A DNA stretch of 64,000 nt from Rhizophagus irregularis (taxonomy: Eukaryota), in the NCBI RefSeq assembly GCF_026210795.1, contig NC_089429.1, positions 3,596,001 through 3,660,000 of the forward strand, in the 5' to 3' direction. Below the pieces are notes generated by a model, which saw nothing but the letters and a program-made list of their open reading frames with translations, made no database searches and was not told where the DNA came from. A program made the position numbers and the translations under genes. Shown piece after piece: positions 25,229-39,860 of the stretch (its first letter is position 1; every line of letters begins with the position of its first letter).

Positions 25229-26782
25229 TAACTTAAAAATACATATATATATATGTAATCTATTCTAGGAATTTTATATATTACTATATTTTTATTTTCA
25301 TTTTATATTTGTATTATATTAAAAATAAATAAAATTTTTAGTTTTTCATTTCACAATTTTTACATCAAAATTTTATGATAACTTTGAAATCGTGTAAATG
25401 TAAAATTAATTCTGTAATTTGAACTGTCACGTAAAACAACAACATATATACTTTCGTTTGAATGAATTTGAAGTATTTGCAGGAATAAAATGTAAATCCA
25501 ATTACCGACTCTGTTGAAAGGCACAACTTCATTACCAGTGTCCGTACAATATCAGAAATATAATTATCGTATGTGCGATAATTTATTATAAAATAGAGAT
25601 ATAAATTACATGATATATAAGATTTATTTTATAATACTAATGAATTTTGTATATTATCCTCCAATCGTCAGCTATAATATTTTAAGATATTTCTTTCTAA
25701 ATTTAATAAATAGAACCGTCGTAAGTAAATTCAAGGTAAAAAAGGTAAAATATTTTAAAAATATCAACAGATAAGTAAAAAATCATGAGAAGGTTTAAAT
25801 AATCTATAGCCAACAACCATTGACCGATATTCTAGTCGGGACGATTAATAAATGTAATACTATACTAATATTACAAGAAAATCAAGAAACTGTAAATAAA
25901 ATTAGTGAACTAAACTAGAGCACTAATTATTAACTCCATCTGTATCGCAGCTACAACCATCACCGGAGCCACAACCAGCACCACCATCATTACAACGTTT
26001 CATGAGTTCGCTATATTTAACTATTAATTAAATGGTATCATAATTTAATAATTAATAATTTAAGTGCAGATAAAAAATTTTAAATCATACAAAACTTTAC
26101 CTTCACGGATAGGCGATGCGTGAACTGTCATGGCATGAACAATAAAAACAAGAGCGATAAACCAGAACAGAAATTTCATTGTAAAATATTGTTAGATTAA
26201 AGCGTTTAGTGATATTAATATTTGAATTTTTTTTTCTTTTTATCAAGTCATATATTTATATTTATCTTAATGATAGACGAACTTTTCAGACGAACCAATA
26301 ATTTAATATAATCCTTTTCTTGGCATTCTTTTTAACGCTTTTACATAATTTTATTAAGAATTGTGTGTCTCCATTATATAATTTCATTTTTGCAAATTTT
26401 TCTCCATTCTTATATGAATCGACGTATCAATCATATGCAAAAGTAAGTCCAAGGTTTTCCGTATAGCTGTAACCGACATGAATTTACTAAATACAATTTC
26501 ATTCTAATATGATATGCATTACGTGCACGAATTCCAAATTTGCAATAAGATCAAGTTTAGATAAAGCTTTTTCAATACGAATGGTTCATTATTGGTAATT
26601 TTCTTTTTTTTTTTTAGAGTTTTGGCCAGTCGGCGTTGTCATTTTGAAGATGAATAAAATTACCTGAACAAAAATTACCTGACTTAAGGAGTTATTTGAT
26701 TTGAAAGATAACAGACGATTAGCCGTTAGGCTAATCATTTTTAGTTCTATCAAATTAAGATATTTATCCCCTCATACGGTTA

Positions 26783-26938
26783 CGGTACATTTCGCCGAAA
26801 GGACGTTTCGCCGAAGGGACGTTTCGCCAAAGGGACGTTTCGCCGAAAAATAGGACCAACATTATGCAGAATTATAAATAACTCAGGCCAGAGATTATTT
26901 TTCGGCGAAATGGCTTTCGGCGAAATGTCCTGATACCA
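26783..26938. mobile_element. Small MULE/Foldback-type MITE with tandem TTTCGCCGAA repeats in inverted arms
   Basis: Four 15-bp GGACGTTTCGCCGAA-like units on the left, two inverted on the right. TACGGTTA is repeated on both flanks (26775, 26941). Confidence 0.75.
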
Positions 26939-27830
26939 TTTACGGTTAATTTACAATAAATATTGTCCGATCTATGTGATCTATCATTTCTAAAAAGATT
27001 TTAAGATTGTTGATAAATAATCCAAAATATAGTGATATGAAAATTGTATGGAGTTAAAGCAATCTTAACGATAAAGTCTGAAGTTTTTGATAGATTACTT
27101 TTATGATGGGATGAAAGAAAGTTATGGAAAACAAATTTCTTTTCCAAAAATTTATGGAAATCACATTTTTTAAATATTAACAATCAATACCAATATAAAA
27201 ACCTTTTACTACTCCAGAATATGAAGTTTTTCGATATAATACTATTCTAGCTGCAGCCTACCTTAAAAAAAATCAGGGAATTCACTACAAGTTACTACTG
27301 AACGTTAAAAAAGTTATTAAGGAATTGGAACCTTTAACATAATTTTAATCATATTAAAGGACAAATTTTGGTAGATATCATTGATCCCAAATGTATACTA
27401 TTTCGAGATGACGTCATGACGATACAAAATTGCTGTTCAATTTTATTCACGCTTTTTACAATCAATGGTGGTTTTGAAAAATATTGACGGCAATCTCAAT
27501 TGATTGACATCATTATGCCATAATCTTATTATTTATTCTTTTACGATTAGTCTTGAAATGGAAATCAAATAAAACTTTGAATCCTTATTAAGTTAATAAC
27601 ATATGAAATATTATTAATTTTTTTTAAAAGGTAGATATCTTAAAATAGTGATTTTACAATGGAGAGTACCGTATACGTTACATTCTATAATAATAAGGAT
27701 GTATACAAAAAAGTATTGATTAATTACATCATGATTCATGAAATTTCAATGACTAATTTTTTTTTTAGAAATATGATGATTTTCTCTCTCTCTCGAAGTA
27801 AAAAATCATTTTTTTTTCCAAACACGAATT

Positions 27831-28661
27831 ATGACACAAAAAAGTTCTATTCATTATTATGAAGATGGGGATCTTTTAATAATAATTCAAGATACCATAT
27901 TTCGTTTACACAAGATTATATTATCAATTTCTTCAAAAATATTTCAAGATATGTTTGCTTACGCGAAACCATCTTCAAATGAAAATTTACCTACTATAAA
28001 ACTTGATGAAAATTCAATTAAACCATTCGAATATCTTATTTCTTTTATATATCATGATAAAAATTTTAAAATTACTTGGAATTGTGTAGAAGAAATTTCT
28101 CGACTTGGGGATAAATATGAAGTTGATATAGTACTTAAAGCTGTTGAAACATTTTTAGAACTTCATTTTGTTGAAAAACCTCTTTTTTCAATAATTTTGG
28201 CAGATCAATATCGATTTAAAAAAGTTTATAAGGAAACTTCAAAATTAATATTAGATGATTTACCAAAGTATAAATCAAAGAATGATGAACTTTTCCAAAA
28301 ACTTTCTACTAATACAAGATCTTTACTTCTTGAAAAATATTTGGATTATCATCTTTTATGGTCAGAACTTCTTTTGGTTTCTAGATCATATAAAAAACTT
28401 CCATGTTGTTTAAAAAATACATGTTTCGTAAATTATATTAATAATGATTTTATTTCAATTGATTTATCACAATCACAATCAACTTCTTTTCATTATTTTA
28501 AGGATTTTATAAAAAATTTTATTTCAAATAAGTCTGTACCTTGTCGTATTCATTATAATATTATGATGGAATTATGTGGTTTCTTTCAAAAATTTGAACG
28601 ACTTGAACGTGATAAAAATATTGATAGTGCTAATAGTTATTCTTTTATTGAAATGAAATAG
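27831..28661 (+). CDS. BTB/POZ domain protein, intronless
   Basis: YEDGDLLIIIQDTIFRLHKIILSISSKIFQDMF...LISFIY...LGDKYEV, a fungal BTB pattern. Confidence 0.9.
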   Translation: MTQKSSIHYYEDGDLLIIIQDTIFRLHKIILSISSKIFQDMFAYAKPSSNENLPTIKLDENSIKPFEYLISFIYHDKNFKITWNCVEEISRLGDKYEVDIVLKAVETFLELHFVEKPLFSIILADQYRFKKVYKETSKLILDDLPKYKSKNDELFQKLSTNTRSLLLEKYLDYHLLWSELLLVSRSYKKLPCCLKNTCFVNYINNDFISIDLSQSQSTSFHYFKDFIKNFISNKSVPCRIHYNIMMELCGFFQKFERLERDKNIDSANSYSFIEMK

Positions 28662-29240
28662 AATTATTTTAATTATATAATATAATTATACTATTACAGT
28701 AATGTATAATAAGATGTTGTAGTGATATTGTCCGTAGATAACAGTCAATTATTGATAAATTTATAACAAAGTTTTATAATACAATTTAATTTCCCCCTTT
28801 TTTTATACTTGTATTATAAGGTTAGCTTGATCGCCTTGATGATAACACGACTAACACGTTCATATTTCGATCTCATTGTATATAAAATTCTTATTAGACC
28901 TTTCTAGTTTCTTCCCCCCCCGAAATATTATGGAATAAAAAAAAAATTTTTTTCGTTTTAACGATATCAATTTTTTTTGCTATAGTTCACCATTTACGGT
29001 ATGTAATTAAATAAGTTTAGATGTAAATAATAAAAAATTTAATGATTATTAAAGGTCGAATTACGGTACTTAATAAGAACTTTTAAACAAATCACACATC
29101 ATTATAAATATTGATATTGTTTTATTTATTTTATTTTATTTTATTTTATTTTTTTTTGGTTTTTTTTTTTCGGGGGAAAAAAAACAATCTTTCAATTTTC
29201 TTCTTTGTAATCACGAAAGTTTTTCGTTTTTTCGTTCATT

Positions 29241-30862
29241 ATGGATGAAATAATCAATAAATCAAATCAGGCTAATGTTGTTTACGGGGCAGGTAAATTT
29301 GTATTACGAAAAAAAAAAAATTATAATTTATACTTTTTTTTTTTTAATAATGAAAATAAAAATAAATATTCTGTAAAGATTCTTCCTTTTCAAGAATGAA
29401 AAATACGCAAGTTAATGATGATGATGATGATATTGAATGGGTTATCCGTGACTCTAGTCCTACACCACGTAAGATTTATAAACTACGTATAGTCGAGTGT
29501 AATCATGTATACTGTATATATATAACATTAATATATTGAAAAAAAGGTCCACCACAACTTTCTAAACTTGTGAACAAATATGCGGATGATGATTATATAC
29601 GTGCACAATTAAGAAGGATCAAATTTTTTAGTTCAAAATTTCGTTTTTCTCCAGAAATACTTGCAGATGATACGAATCAAATGGCTCTTATTTTTAATCC
29701 AATTACATTAAGATTTTCTATTTGTTATGATGAAATGAAATATGAAGTAGTCATACCATATCATCAACTTTTGGGATGTACTATTAAAGATGAAAAAACG
29801 ATGGAGATTAGGTTTAAACGTGAATGCATGAAAATTGTAAGTTTTTCTTTTTTTTACTCATCATATATATATATATATTCAAAAAAAATTCTATCTTATT
29901 ATTATTTTTTAGTTTTTTTTTCATCAAGAAGGTTTTCCTTATGTATCTTCACCTGTAAAATTAGATGAAGATCCGACCAAAGGGAAATTTGCTTTTTGTG
30001 AGAGAATGGTTGTAAAAGCTTTACATGCTTCTGATTTTGGATTTTTGAAAAAGATTAAATTTGAAATGAGACAGATTGAAAATGCATCAAGATTAAAAAG
30101 AATTCAAAATATGGTAATTCATAATAAGAAATATATATATATATATATAATTCTGAAATTTATAGATTCATTAAATTTCGAATTTTAGTCTCACATTTTC
30201 TGAAAAAAAAAACAAATATATTATATATTATTATATCAGAAATTGTCCACTGAAGAAACTAGATCTGTTACTCGTAAAGTTACTACTTCGTTCCGCAAGA
30301 TCAAGACAAAAAACAATTCAAACTTTAATAAAAGCAATAAATTCGATCATGGATGTGAAATTAATTTAGATTGGAATTCGCAAAATCGTCGACAAAAACA
30401 TGTGAATGGTCAACAACATCAAAAGAGCAAAGTTCAGCATAATGAATATATTCCTAATAATAGAATGAATCGTTCTAATGAAAAAAACTCCATCTACGAA
30501 AATGATAATATTTATAAGAAACCAAAAGAACCGGAGAAGGTAATTTATACACATATACTGTATGTTGTATTTAATAAATGATTTTATAAGTTTTAACAAT
30601 TTTTTTTTTAAAGTTATATATTACGGTTACTTTTCCAACGCGAAAATATGTCATGTTTTATCCAATTGATGGTTCGTTATATTATCTTCAAATGCAACTT
30701 AAAAATCGATTTGAAAAAAGACATGAATGGCGTTTTCTCTGGTATAAATCAAGTAATGGTTATTGGGATAAATTAATTAATGAGAAGGATTGGCAATTTG
30801 CTATAAATGAAAGATTGATTGAAAAAGGTTTTATTAGGATTGAGATTTATATGAAGCCATAA
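29241..30862 (+). CDS. Uncharacterised multi-exon protein (PH-like domain, low-complexity linker, PB1-like C-terminus), paralog A
   Basis: Exons spliced by hand: MDEIINK..., DDDDIEWVIRD, ...FKRECMKI|FFFHQEGF...DEDPTKGKF, LYITVTFPTRKYVMFYPIDG...LINEKDWQFAI...RIEIYMKP*. Domain names are inferred. Confidence 0.75.
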
Positions 30863-31520
30863 TTTCATTTTTGTGAATTTTTTTTTTTTTATGATTAAAT
30901 ATTTTTTAACTAGTGAAATCTTTTTAAAAATTGATGCTAAAATCTTGTGAATTACATAGAAAGGTAGAAAGGTTTAAATGAGTTATATGTAAATAATATT
31001 CTTTAAAAGTTTTAGCATTATTTGTCCTTCAATTCTTTTACATTCAAGCAAAATAAAACATTTCCTAAATTTTCTAAATACTTGAAATAGATTTTATAAT
31101 GTAAATGAAATAACAGATGATAAATAAAATTTGTGATCATAATTTTTTTTCTATCATGAACTTTCAATAATCTTTATTCTACATCATTTTATGGTCTACT
31201 TTCTTGATTATTTTAAGTATCTTCAGCCAATAGCTTTATCAGTTAATCAGTTTCTGCCACAAGAATATCAAAGAATCTGACTGATCCGAAATGTATTCTG
31301 AAAAAAAAAGCATCCTTGTGTCACGACATAAACTTTGAATTATTACCATAATTACGCTTAACCAAAATTAATTAGCTGATTAATAGAAACAATCTTTTTA
31401 AATTTGTTTGTTAAAAAAAAAAAATTTTTTTATTTATCGGAAAAAAAAAGATAATTACAAGAGAATTTTTTTTCTTTTTTTTAATTAATATACATTTATT
31501 CTATAAAAAAAAGTATTTGA

Positions 31521-32894
31521 TTATCTCATAAAAACCTCAATTCTAGGAACAGGTTTATTCATAACCTGCTTTTTTACGGCCGCCCAAACATCTTCATTAT
31601 TTAGAGTATTCCAACCTCCAGTCTTGTTATTTTTGTACCACATTCTTTCCCATTTCCAACCAAATCTTTGTTTGATATGAAATTGGAAGTGATTGAAAAT
31701 TCCATCAGATGGATAGATAATGGCACGTTTTTGAGTAGGGTATATACAAGTAATATATAACTACAAAATTAAACATAAAATTTAGATACTTGAACAATAT
31801 TATATTATAGATAACATTATTAAATATTCTACCTCTCGTTTTTTCATTGCATTGTCATAGTTAATAGGTAATATATCAAGTGGATCATCTGGTTTTGCAG
31901 AACTATTTTGTACCCTAGGAGGTACTCTGTTCCTATCCCTGCTGTCTCTACTGTCTCTACTGTCTCTACTGTCTCTACTGTCCCTTTTTTCTCTATTGTC
32001 TCTATTGTCTCTATTAAAATTTGGTCTTGAATTATACGTAAAATCATTATGTCTCATTCTTCGAGAGTCACTCTTTCAAGATAATTACAAATATTATATA
32101 TGAATAAGTATGTAAAAAATATAAAAGTTTACATAATAAAAAATTATTTACATAATTACTGTTCTTTGATCTATTAATCATTGCTCTGATCCATCCATCT
32201 ATTAATTCAAAATCATTTCGTTCGATAGGAATACTCGATTGAAAGATAATGCAGGTTACACCGTTTAATTTTCCACCAGTTGGATCCATATCCCTCGGGA
32301 CACAATTACTTCTGAACGAAAAACCCTTTGGATGATAGTAATACTAATATTTATTTAGAGGTTAGTATTAATCTTATTTTTTAAAAAAATGAATAGAATG
32401 AAAAAATAAAAATAATATATATATATATACATATATATATAAATAATTACAAATTTACTAAAGCGGGGTTTAAGTTTTAAGATTATAGAATTATCCCGGG
32501 TAATTCTATATGACTCAACTTCTTTTATTCCAAATGATACTTCATCCTTCATATTATTTAGGAAAATCGAAACTTCTGTTTTGTCGTCAAAAAACAACGC
32601 CAAATCCTCTTCAGTGGATGCATGAATGGCTTGGCTTGTTGAGCTTGTTGAACTGTTGAAATTGATTTGTTTTAAAGGGATTTCTAAAGAATTTGTATGT
32701 CTTACAATTTTGCGTGAACTGTTCGGAGAAGAACCTTTTGGTTTATAACACATATATATATAACTTTGTCCCTTGATTTATTATACATTTTTTTTTTTGA
32801 GTATTTTAACTCAAAAAAAAAGAAAAAAAATAACAAAAATACCAGAAACCCATTCTATTTGGTCTTCCTCGAAATTATCCTCGTTACCCATCAT
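31521..32894 (-). CDS. Uncharacterised multi-exon protein, paralog B (convergent with paralog A)
   Basis: MMGNEDNFEEDQIEWVS..., ...LKPRFSK-|YYYHPKGF...DMDPTGGKL, RDS repeat, LYITCIYPTQKRAIIYPSDG...LNNEDVWAAV...RIEVFMR*. Confidence 0.75.
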
Positions 32895-33263
32895 TGTAAG
32901 AAGTTAAAAATAAATTAAAAAGTCAAAAAAAAAAAAGTGACTAAGTGTTGGTAAAGTTATCAAAAAAAAAACAACTCGTGTTTTGGTAAATTAACCTCAA
33001 CCGATCTACATGATAAATCTACTAATTACGTTAATTGTGTTCGCTCAGCCTTATTTTATCTAATGAAAAATTTATTTAGAAATGATCGCATTTAAACCGT
33101 TAGACGTGTTGAAATTACAACAAATTAAAATAAACTATTTAAAGTTGTGGAAAATCTTAAATTAAATATGTATTGGTAGGTATTAGTAAGTATTGATGAA
33201 CAATAAATAATATTTATCCTATTGACGATTTTGTGACGGGAATCTTATCAATCGAGGGATAGA

Positions 33264-36200
33264 TTAGCCTTCATATGAATTTGAAGCATGTTTTGGTACG
33301 AATACAAAACTATCAGGAGCAGGTCCTAATAACATTTCACTGAAAAAAAAAAAACATATATTAAACGATAAAGTTAATAAAATCTTAATGAAAAAAAGAT
33401 TAAATCTTACCTAATTTTAACCCAATCTTTACTATTTGGACTTGCCATTAATGTTTCTAAATCATCTCTACCACGAAAAGCGGGTGGTCTCTCATTTATG
33501 CGCTGTGGCAATACTTCAAGCAATCCAACAGGAATATATCTAATAATTTAAATAATGATTTAAATAAATAAATAAATAAAATAATTATGAATGAGTTAAT
33601 CAAATCGAGTTAAAAATTTACCTATATAAAAAACTCATCCATTCACATAAAAATCTTCTAGTTTGATTTATACCCTATGAAATTAAGGAACTAAATAAAT
33701 AATCTCAACTTAAACAAGTAATTGAAAATGTTTTAAAATATTTCAACTAACGATTGTATCGGAGCCCCAATGTTCCATTCCGTAATCACAAAACTTTCTT
33801 AGTATATCAAATCTTTCTTTTGATGAAATATCATAATGTCGTTTAGATTTGATTTCATCAAAAATCCAGGGTTTAATCTAATGTAATTAAATAATAATTA
33901 ATAACGATAATTTTACGATAATTTACAAGTTTAAAAAGATAAAAAGTAATAGTACCAAAGCTCCACGTCCAATCATAACCCCATCAACATGATCGTTTTC
34001 AATGTGATGATAATAATCTTCATATCCCAACACATCTCCATTGCCTATTATAATATTATTGAAATTCCAATATATTTATATATATATATAAAAAAAAGAC
34101 AAAAAATAAATCGGTCAAATTAGATTACCAAAGTAACTCATTCCATTCGTTTTGGATGAGACTTCAGTAATATACTTCCAATCGGCAAGTTTTGTGTATC
34201 TTTGTTGACGTGAACGACCATGTAGCTATATATTTAAAGTAAAAATTCTTTAAAATAAACATTTGAATGGCATAATTAAATAACTATATAGTCAATTATA
34301 ACAAACCGTGGCCAATTCAACTCCCTATAATTAAAATCATCAATATAAAATAATAAATAATTATGCAATAAATAGTTATAAAGATATATAAATACCCAAT
34401 TCTGAAATTTAGGAATTAATTTAGCGGCAAGTGGCATATTATCTAAAATTCCTGTGCGCAATTTCACTGTTACAGGAATATCCATAACCTAATCATAATG
34501 TAATGTGAGAAGAGGGAATTAAAACTAATTATATAATAAAATAAAAAAATATTGAAAGAAAATTTTAAATAGTAATTCATTTACCTTATTCATTCCCTTA
34601 AGAATTTTCCCCAATCTACCATCATGCATTAATAGTTTACTTCCGCCTCCCTACATATATATTATTATCAGACCATTCTTCAAACAAAATTTCACCTTAT
34701 CTATCTAATTTCTAACCTTATTAAAGACCAGATCTATAGGACAGCCCAAATTTACATCAATAAAATCAGCTTCAATTTCATTGTTTAACATCTCAGCGCA
34801 TTTTACAAGATGTTCGGCTTTTGCACCACAAATTTGTACACCAAAACAATCTTCACTAATATGCCTCTTCAATAAAGCCCATTCACTTTGTTGTCCTTGT
34901 AATAAATTTGTTGCCATTGCCATTTCTCCACAAGTTATATCAGCTCCAAATTCCTTACAAATACGTCGGAAAGGTAAATTTCCAACCGTGGTAAGAGGTG
35001 CTAGATATAACTTATTCTTAAATGTCATCTTTTTTGATAAAATAAATAAATCAATAAATGATGATAATAATCTTGTAGATACATAAAAAAAATAAATAAA
35101 GATAAAATAAGGTAATAGATTACCTTTTTCTTTTCACGAGTGCGGAGTGGCACATCTGGAGTATCTATAAATTCTTCTACATTAACATCATCTCTTGATT
35201 TCAATTCTATTTCTTCTTCAAGTTTTACTTTTTCCTTGTTCTCAAAATCACCATTTTCATATTTTATCCTTTTTTTTGTATTTGTACTTTCAGTATCTGA
35301 ACCAAAACTTTTATCAGATTCCTCCTCAACTTTCAATGTAATGTCTTCATTCAAATCATTAACTTTTACTTCATTTGTATCTAGTCGCTCTGATAATTCT
35401 ACATTAGTACCGGAATCGACATTGCTCTCTTCTGATGGTTTGTTAAGTTTATTATCAGGATTTGATTTTGCTAATCTATTAGCTTTCTCTAACTCTTTTT
35501 GTTTTTCAATTTCCTGCTGCATCTCTGCAAGATATGTATCAGCTTTAGGAAATTTATACTGTATTAACAAAAAGGTTAGTGAATATGAAAATAAAGATGG
35601 GTTATGAATGTGATAATAAATATTATTAAATACCGAATGTGTCCTGAGTCGTTTTTGGACTTGAGTAGATTGATTGTTTTTTTCTTCAACAAATATCCCA
35701 GAAGATGCAAGCTAAAAAAGAATATTTTTTAATCCTACGCCTTATTATCATGATGATTTAAATTAAGATCTTACTTCTTCATTCACAATTAATTTGTCAT
35801 CAGGTGACAAATGAGCCTTTAAATAACGACATCTATATCCAAATCGGCATCTTTAAACAAATTAACTGATATTAGAATAATACTTTATAATAAATTTAAT
35901 AATTTTAATTATAAATACATACTTTCCAAATTTCTCAAAGTTAGGACATCTATCACTTAAATCCTCACCCTTGACTTTTAAATATGCTTGTAAATCATGA
36001 CTGAATTTACAACTAAAAAAAAAAAGTTATATATGTTAAAGAATATTTTTGAATGATAATTTTTTTTTATAATTATCTAAACATACAATTCATTGTCACA
36101 TTGTTCACCCAAAGAGATTTTATGGCACAACTACAAAACATAAAAAAAATAAGAGATTATAAGTATAAACATAATAACATTAAAATATTTAGAAATACTA

Positions 36201-36595
36201 ACACGAATTGGCTCAGCAAACGTATTTTTTGCTTGTTCTTTATTTCGTCCTCTTTTCCTTGTAACCCGAGATTTCTTTTTTGATGGCTCCTATAATAATA
36301 TAAAAATTTAAATAATGAATTTCAAAAAAAAAAAAAAATTTGAAAGTTAAATCATTGTTATTTCTTACTTTATTTTTAGAATTATCACCCGCTTCTTCGT
36401 CACCAAAAACGGACTCACAATTTTCTTGTATATTTTGCTTATTGATAATAAATCTATTTAAATTATGTTAGTTAATGGTGTTAATTGGTGTTTTTATACA
36501 TTTAAAAGACAATTTTTACAAAATAAATCTGACAAATACTCTGCTTTAACTGGAGCTATACCACGTCTTTTTGAAGGATTATTGACAACTTCCAT
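33264..36595 (-). CDS. DUS3: tRNA-dihydrouridine(47) synthase, many exons
   Basis: GIAPVK N-terminus, CCCH fingers, [77 protein letters not shown]. Confidence 0.96.
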
Positions 36596-37747
36596 TTCAA
36601 TTTGACAACCTAATTTGATTAATAAATTAATTTATTGATTTGAATTGTAGCAATGATTAAATTATTATATTTGCTTCAATTCAAATTCAAAAAAAAAAAA
36701 AAGATCGTCATGCGTCATTTTATAAAGCACCTCAAATGCAGATCGCCTGGATCGGCGTTCCAGATGTACCCGGTAACGTATTTTCCGATAAAATACGTAC
36801 GGCACAAAAAAAAATTATTCATCGGCATGTTTCTTTCGTGTAAAAAAATAAAAAATAATCAAAAATTTAGAAAAAGTTCAAGTTATTTACAATGTTGGAA
36901 TAATATAAAAAACGATCCATTCGAGCCATGGAGCCGCAGCAGGATCAGCTACAGCTCAGATCGACAAGTTCGATCACAAGTCCGAGCCATGAATCATTGA
37001 ATCAAGTTTAAAAAACTATAGCAGGATGAAATTTAATTACACTATTACAGTATTTAATTAGTAATCCGTTTAAATAAAATCCAGGGAAATTGAATCTGGT
37101 TTTAATAGTAAAAAGACAGATTCCACTTTCTTTATTTCATATAAAATATTTTTTTATTCTTTTAAAGAGGTACTAATTTTCAAGTAAAAGATTACTGATT
37201 GATATATTAATACATATTTGGTCTTATATTTAAAATTATTTTTAAGAAATACATACTTGTCTATAAGAGAAAGGTAGATTCCAGGAAACTATAGCAAATA
37301 TTAGAATTATACGATCACGATTAACTTTTAAGGTACTTAACATTATTTTACTAATAATCAAATTACCTTATAATTGGAGTTCTAAGATGCGGCAATATTG
37401 ATTATGGACCTTAAAGAGAAATTTTGAAAACAGTATGAGAAATTTAACTTCAACACGCTGATCACTCTAAAATAGTTAATAAATGAATATATCTGATATG
37501 GTTTTTTTGACAATTGATAATTATAATGAAAGTACATGGTTGATAAATTATAAATGAAATTAATAATACACACTTGAGAATAATCATTAATCCATATAAG
37601 CTAATTATTCTTGGAAGAAATGAAAAATGATGTATATTAAATCAGGAAGAAGATATAAAGTATAAAGTCGATCTGCTTAGTTTTATTTAATTTATATTTT
37701 TTTTCTTTATCGCCGTTTTCAACTTTTCATGAATATTTTTTTATTTT

Positions 37748-37939
37748 TTGTGAAAACCCGAGATTAGAACAAGATTTAAAATGGGGGATATTTCAAGCTA
37801 AAACTCCCAAAAAAAATCAATTTTTGGAGAAATTTGCTTATAAAAAACATTAATTTTATAATAAAATATTCCCATTTTACATCCCTTTCTGTATAAATTT
37901 TTCTATATAAAGGCACTGGGAAATCTCGGGTTTTCGCAA
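37748..37939. repeat. Inverted repeat, possible MITE remnant
   Basis: TTGTGAAAACCCGAGATT ... AATCTCGGGTTTTCGCAA; no clear TSD. Confidence 0.55.
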
Positions 37940-39830
37940 GATTTAAAAATTTTTTCGTATATCATTATCGAAAATATAAAATGTACTTTGTATTTCTATA
38001 AAATCGAATATTCGATTAAACATATTCGATTAAACTTCACAAACCTAAAAATTCATCCTGCAAATTTACAATAAACATTATCTTTACAATATTGTCGAAC
38101 AGATTAGTTAAAAGGTAATATACTGTATATGCTGTGAAAATAAAGATAAGGGTTTATTGCGATTGTGATATTGACTTTATTGGTTCAATTCAAGTGTAAT
38201 AATTGATTACTTTTGTATTATATATCGTACTGTAGTACCATTTATGTTCAAGCATATATTTTATTAATAGGATTTCCGGTATAGATCATGTTGATTCGTT
38301 CGGCCTAAACCTTTGGGACCTGTCGTATGATACATTTAACTGCAATTTAGCCACTTCATTTTCAAAAAGAATAAATAAAAAAAGAAGAAAAAGTAATTTG
38401 AAAAAATCTGGAATTCTGGAACAATGCTAAATCGATATTCCCTGATATGTCAAATATGATTGGATGTTGATCGCATAAATATTTACAATCTGCTACGGGC
38501 CGATCATAAAATATTCGGTATATTAAATATAAAAAGATCTACCTAACACAAATTAACTTTTAAACTTGACCTAAATTAGTATGATAAGCTTGTAGTCTGC
38601 ACACTGAAGATCCGCGCCATTTACATTATAGTAAAAATAGAAAAAAATCCAAAAACGGATAAATGATCATGTATAATGCGCTTTCTTCCATCATTATTAA
38701 GCACGCCAATGATGTATATACATATTTTTTTTTTCGAACGCCACAGTTTTTATTAATATATTCTTGTAAAATTTCTATATTGCTTAGGGGATCATATTTT
38801 ACACTTCGATGCTATCATTATATCATTATTAAGCACGCCATGCTGTATAATTTAAACGCCACAGTTTTTGTAAACTTTCTATGTTATTTCATAGAAGCAT
38901 TCTTTAATTTTTTTTTAAAGTAACAAACATATTTGATTTATTAATAAATAAAATAAATCAAATAAAACGGATAATTATTATATTCACGATTTTGATCTAA
39001 AGGAATTTATTGGGTTTGATAATAAACACTTTTGTTTACCTAATTTAAATAAAGATATTTGTTGTAATTATATCAACAAAGATAAAAGATATCATTAAAG
39101 AAAATTAAAAATTAAATTTACCCTTGTTTTTCAGAAAGGGAAAAGAGTACAAAAGAAACATTACATTTTAAATTATATTTACTATAATTACTGATTATCA
39201 AGCCATATAATGGACAGGTAAAATATTGATTAATCAAGTCCATCATGCGCAGAAGTTTCCTATATACTGAATTTAAAGACGTACATTATCTCGTATATAA
39301 ATTTGCATGAAACCTGCATGTAAAAAGTAAGAATCAACTACTTTGTTCTTATTATTTTCGTAATTCATAGAAGATTATTATTTATGCATTTAATCAATTA
39401 ATTTTTTAAGTTTTTTCTAGATTTAAAAACAAGCGACATCATTCTTTGCATAGAACATAAGCATAAGTAAGATTACCTTCCAAAATAAATCAAATCGCAA
39501 TTACACTATCGGTTATTTAACAAAAATTTTGAACAGATGAAGATGCATGTAATAGGATTTTTGATCAAAAAAGGAATTTACAAAAGATCTTATGTTGCAC
39601 AATTTAAATAATGAATGAAAAATTTCTCCGATTCCTAAAAATAAAAAAAAATAAAAAATAAACCGGGTCAGGATGATTATTTTAGCCGATCAATTATCTT
39701 CGAGAACATGTCTAACATTTCTAAATATTGCTAGTTATGTGTAACTTGATCGAATTCATTTTTATTCTATTTCAATTCATTTACATAATAGGAAACCTTC
39801 TTTATTCTGAATATAATTCTCTTAAACAAA

Positions 39831-39860
39831 AATAATAATAATAATAATAATAATAATAAT
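39831..39860 (+). repeat. (AAT)10 microsatellite
   Basis: Read directly from the sequence. Confidence 0.9.

Noticed and set aside
26280..26640. Possible decayed HMG-box gene on the minus strand (RNAYHIR..., YRKTL...MEKICK)
   Set aside because: Too many stops and too weak a resemblance to call without a profile search.
35140..35607. 155-aa plus-strand ORF and similar antisense ORFs (22274, 34781, 50195, 57027, 60308)
   Set aside because: Shadows of real coding sequence on the opposite strand.
36653..37000. 115-aa ORF divergent from DUS3 with a GC-rich tail
   Set aside because: Runs through poly-A tracts and promoter-like sequence; no domain, splice or RNA-structure support visible.
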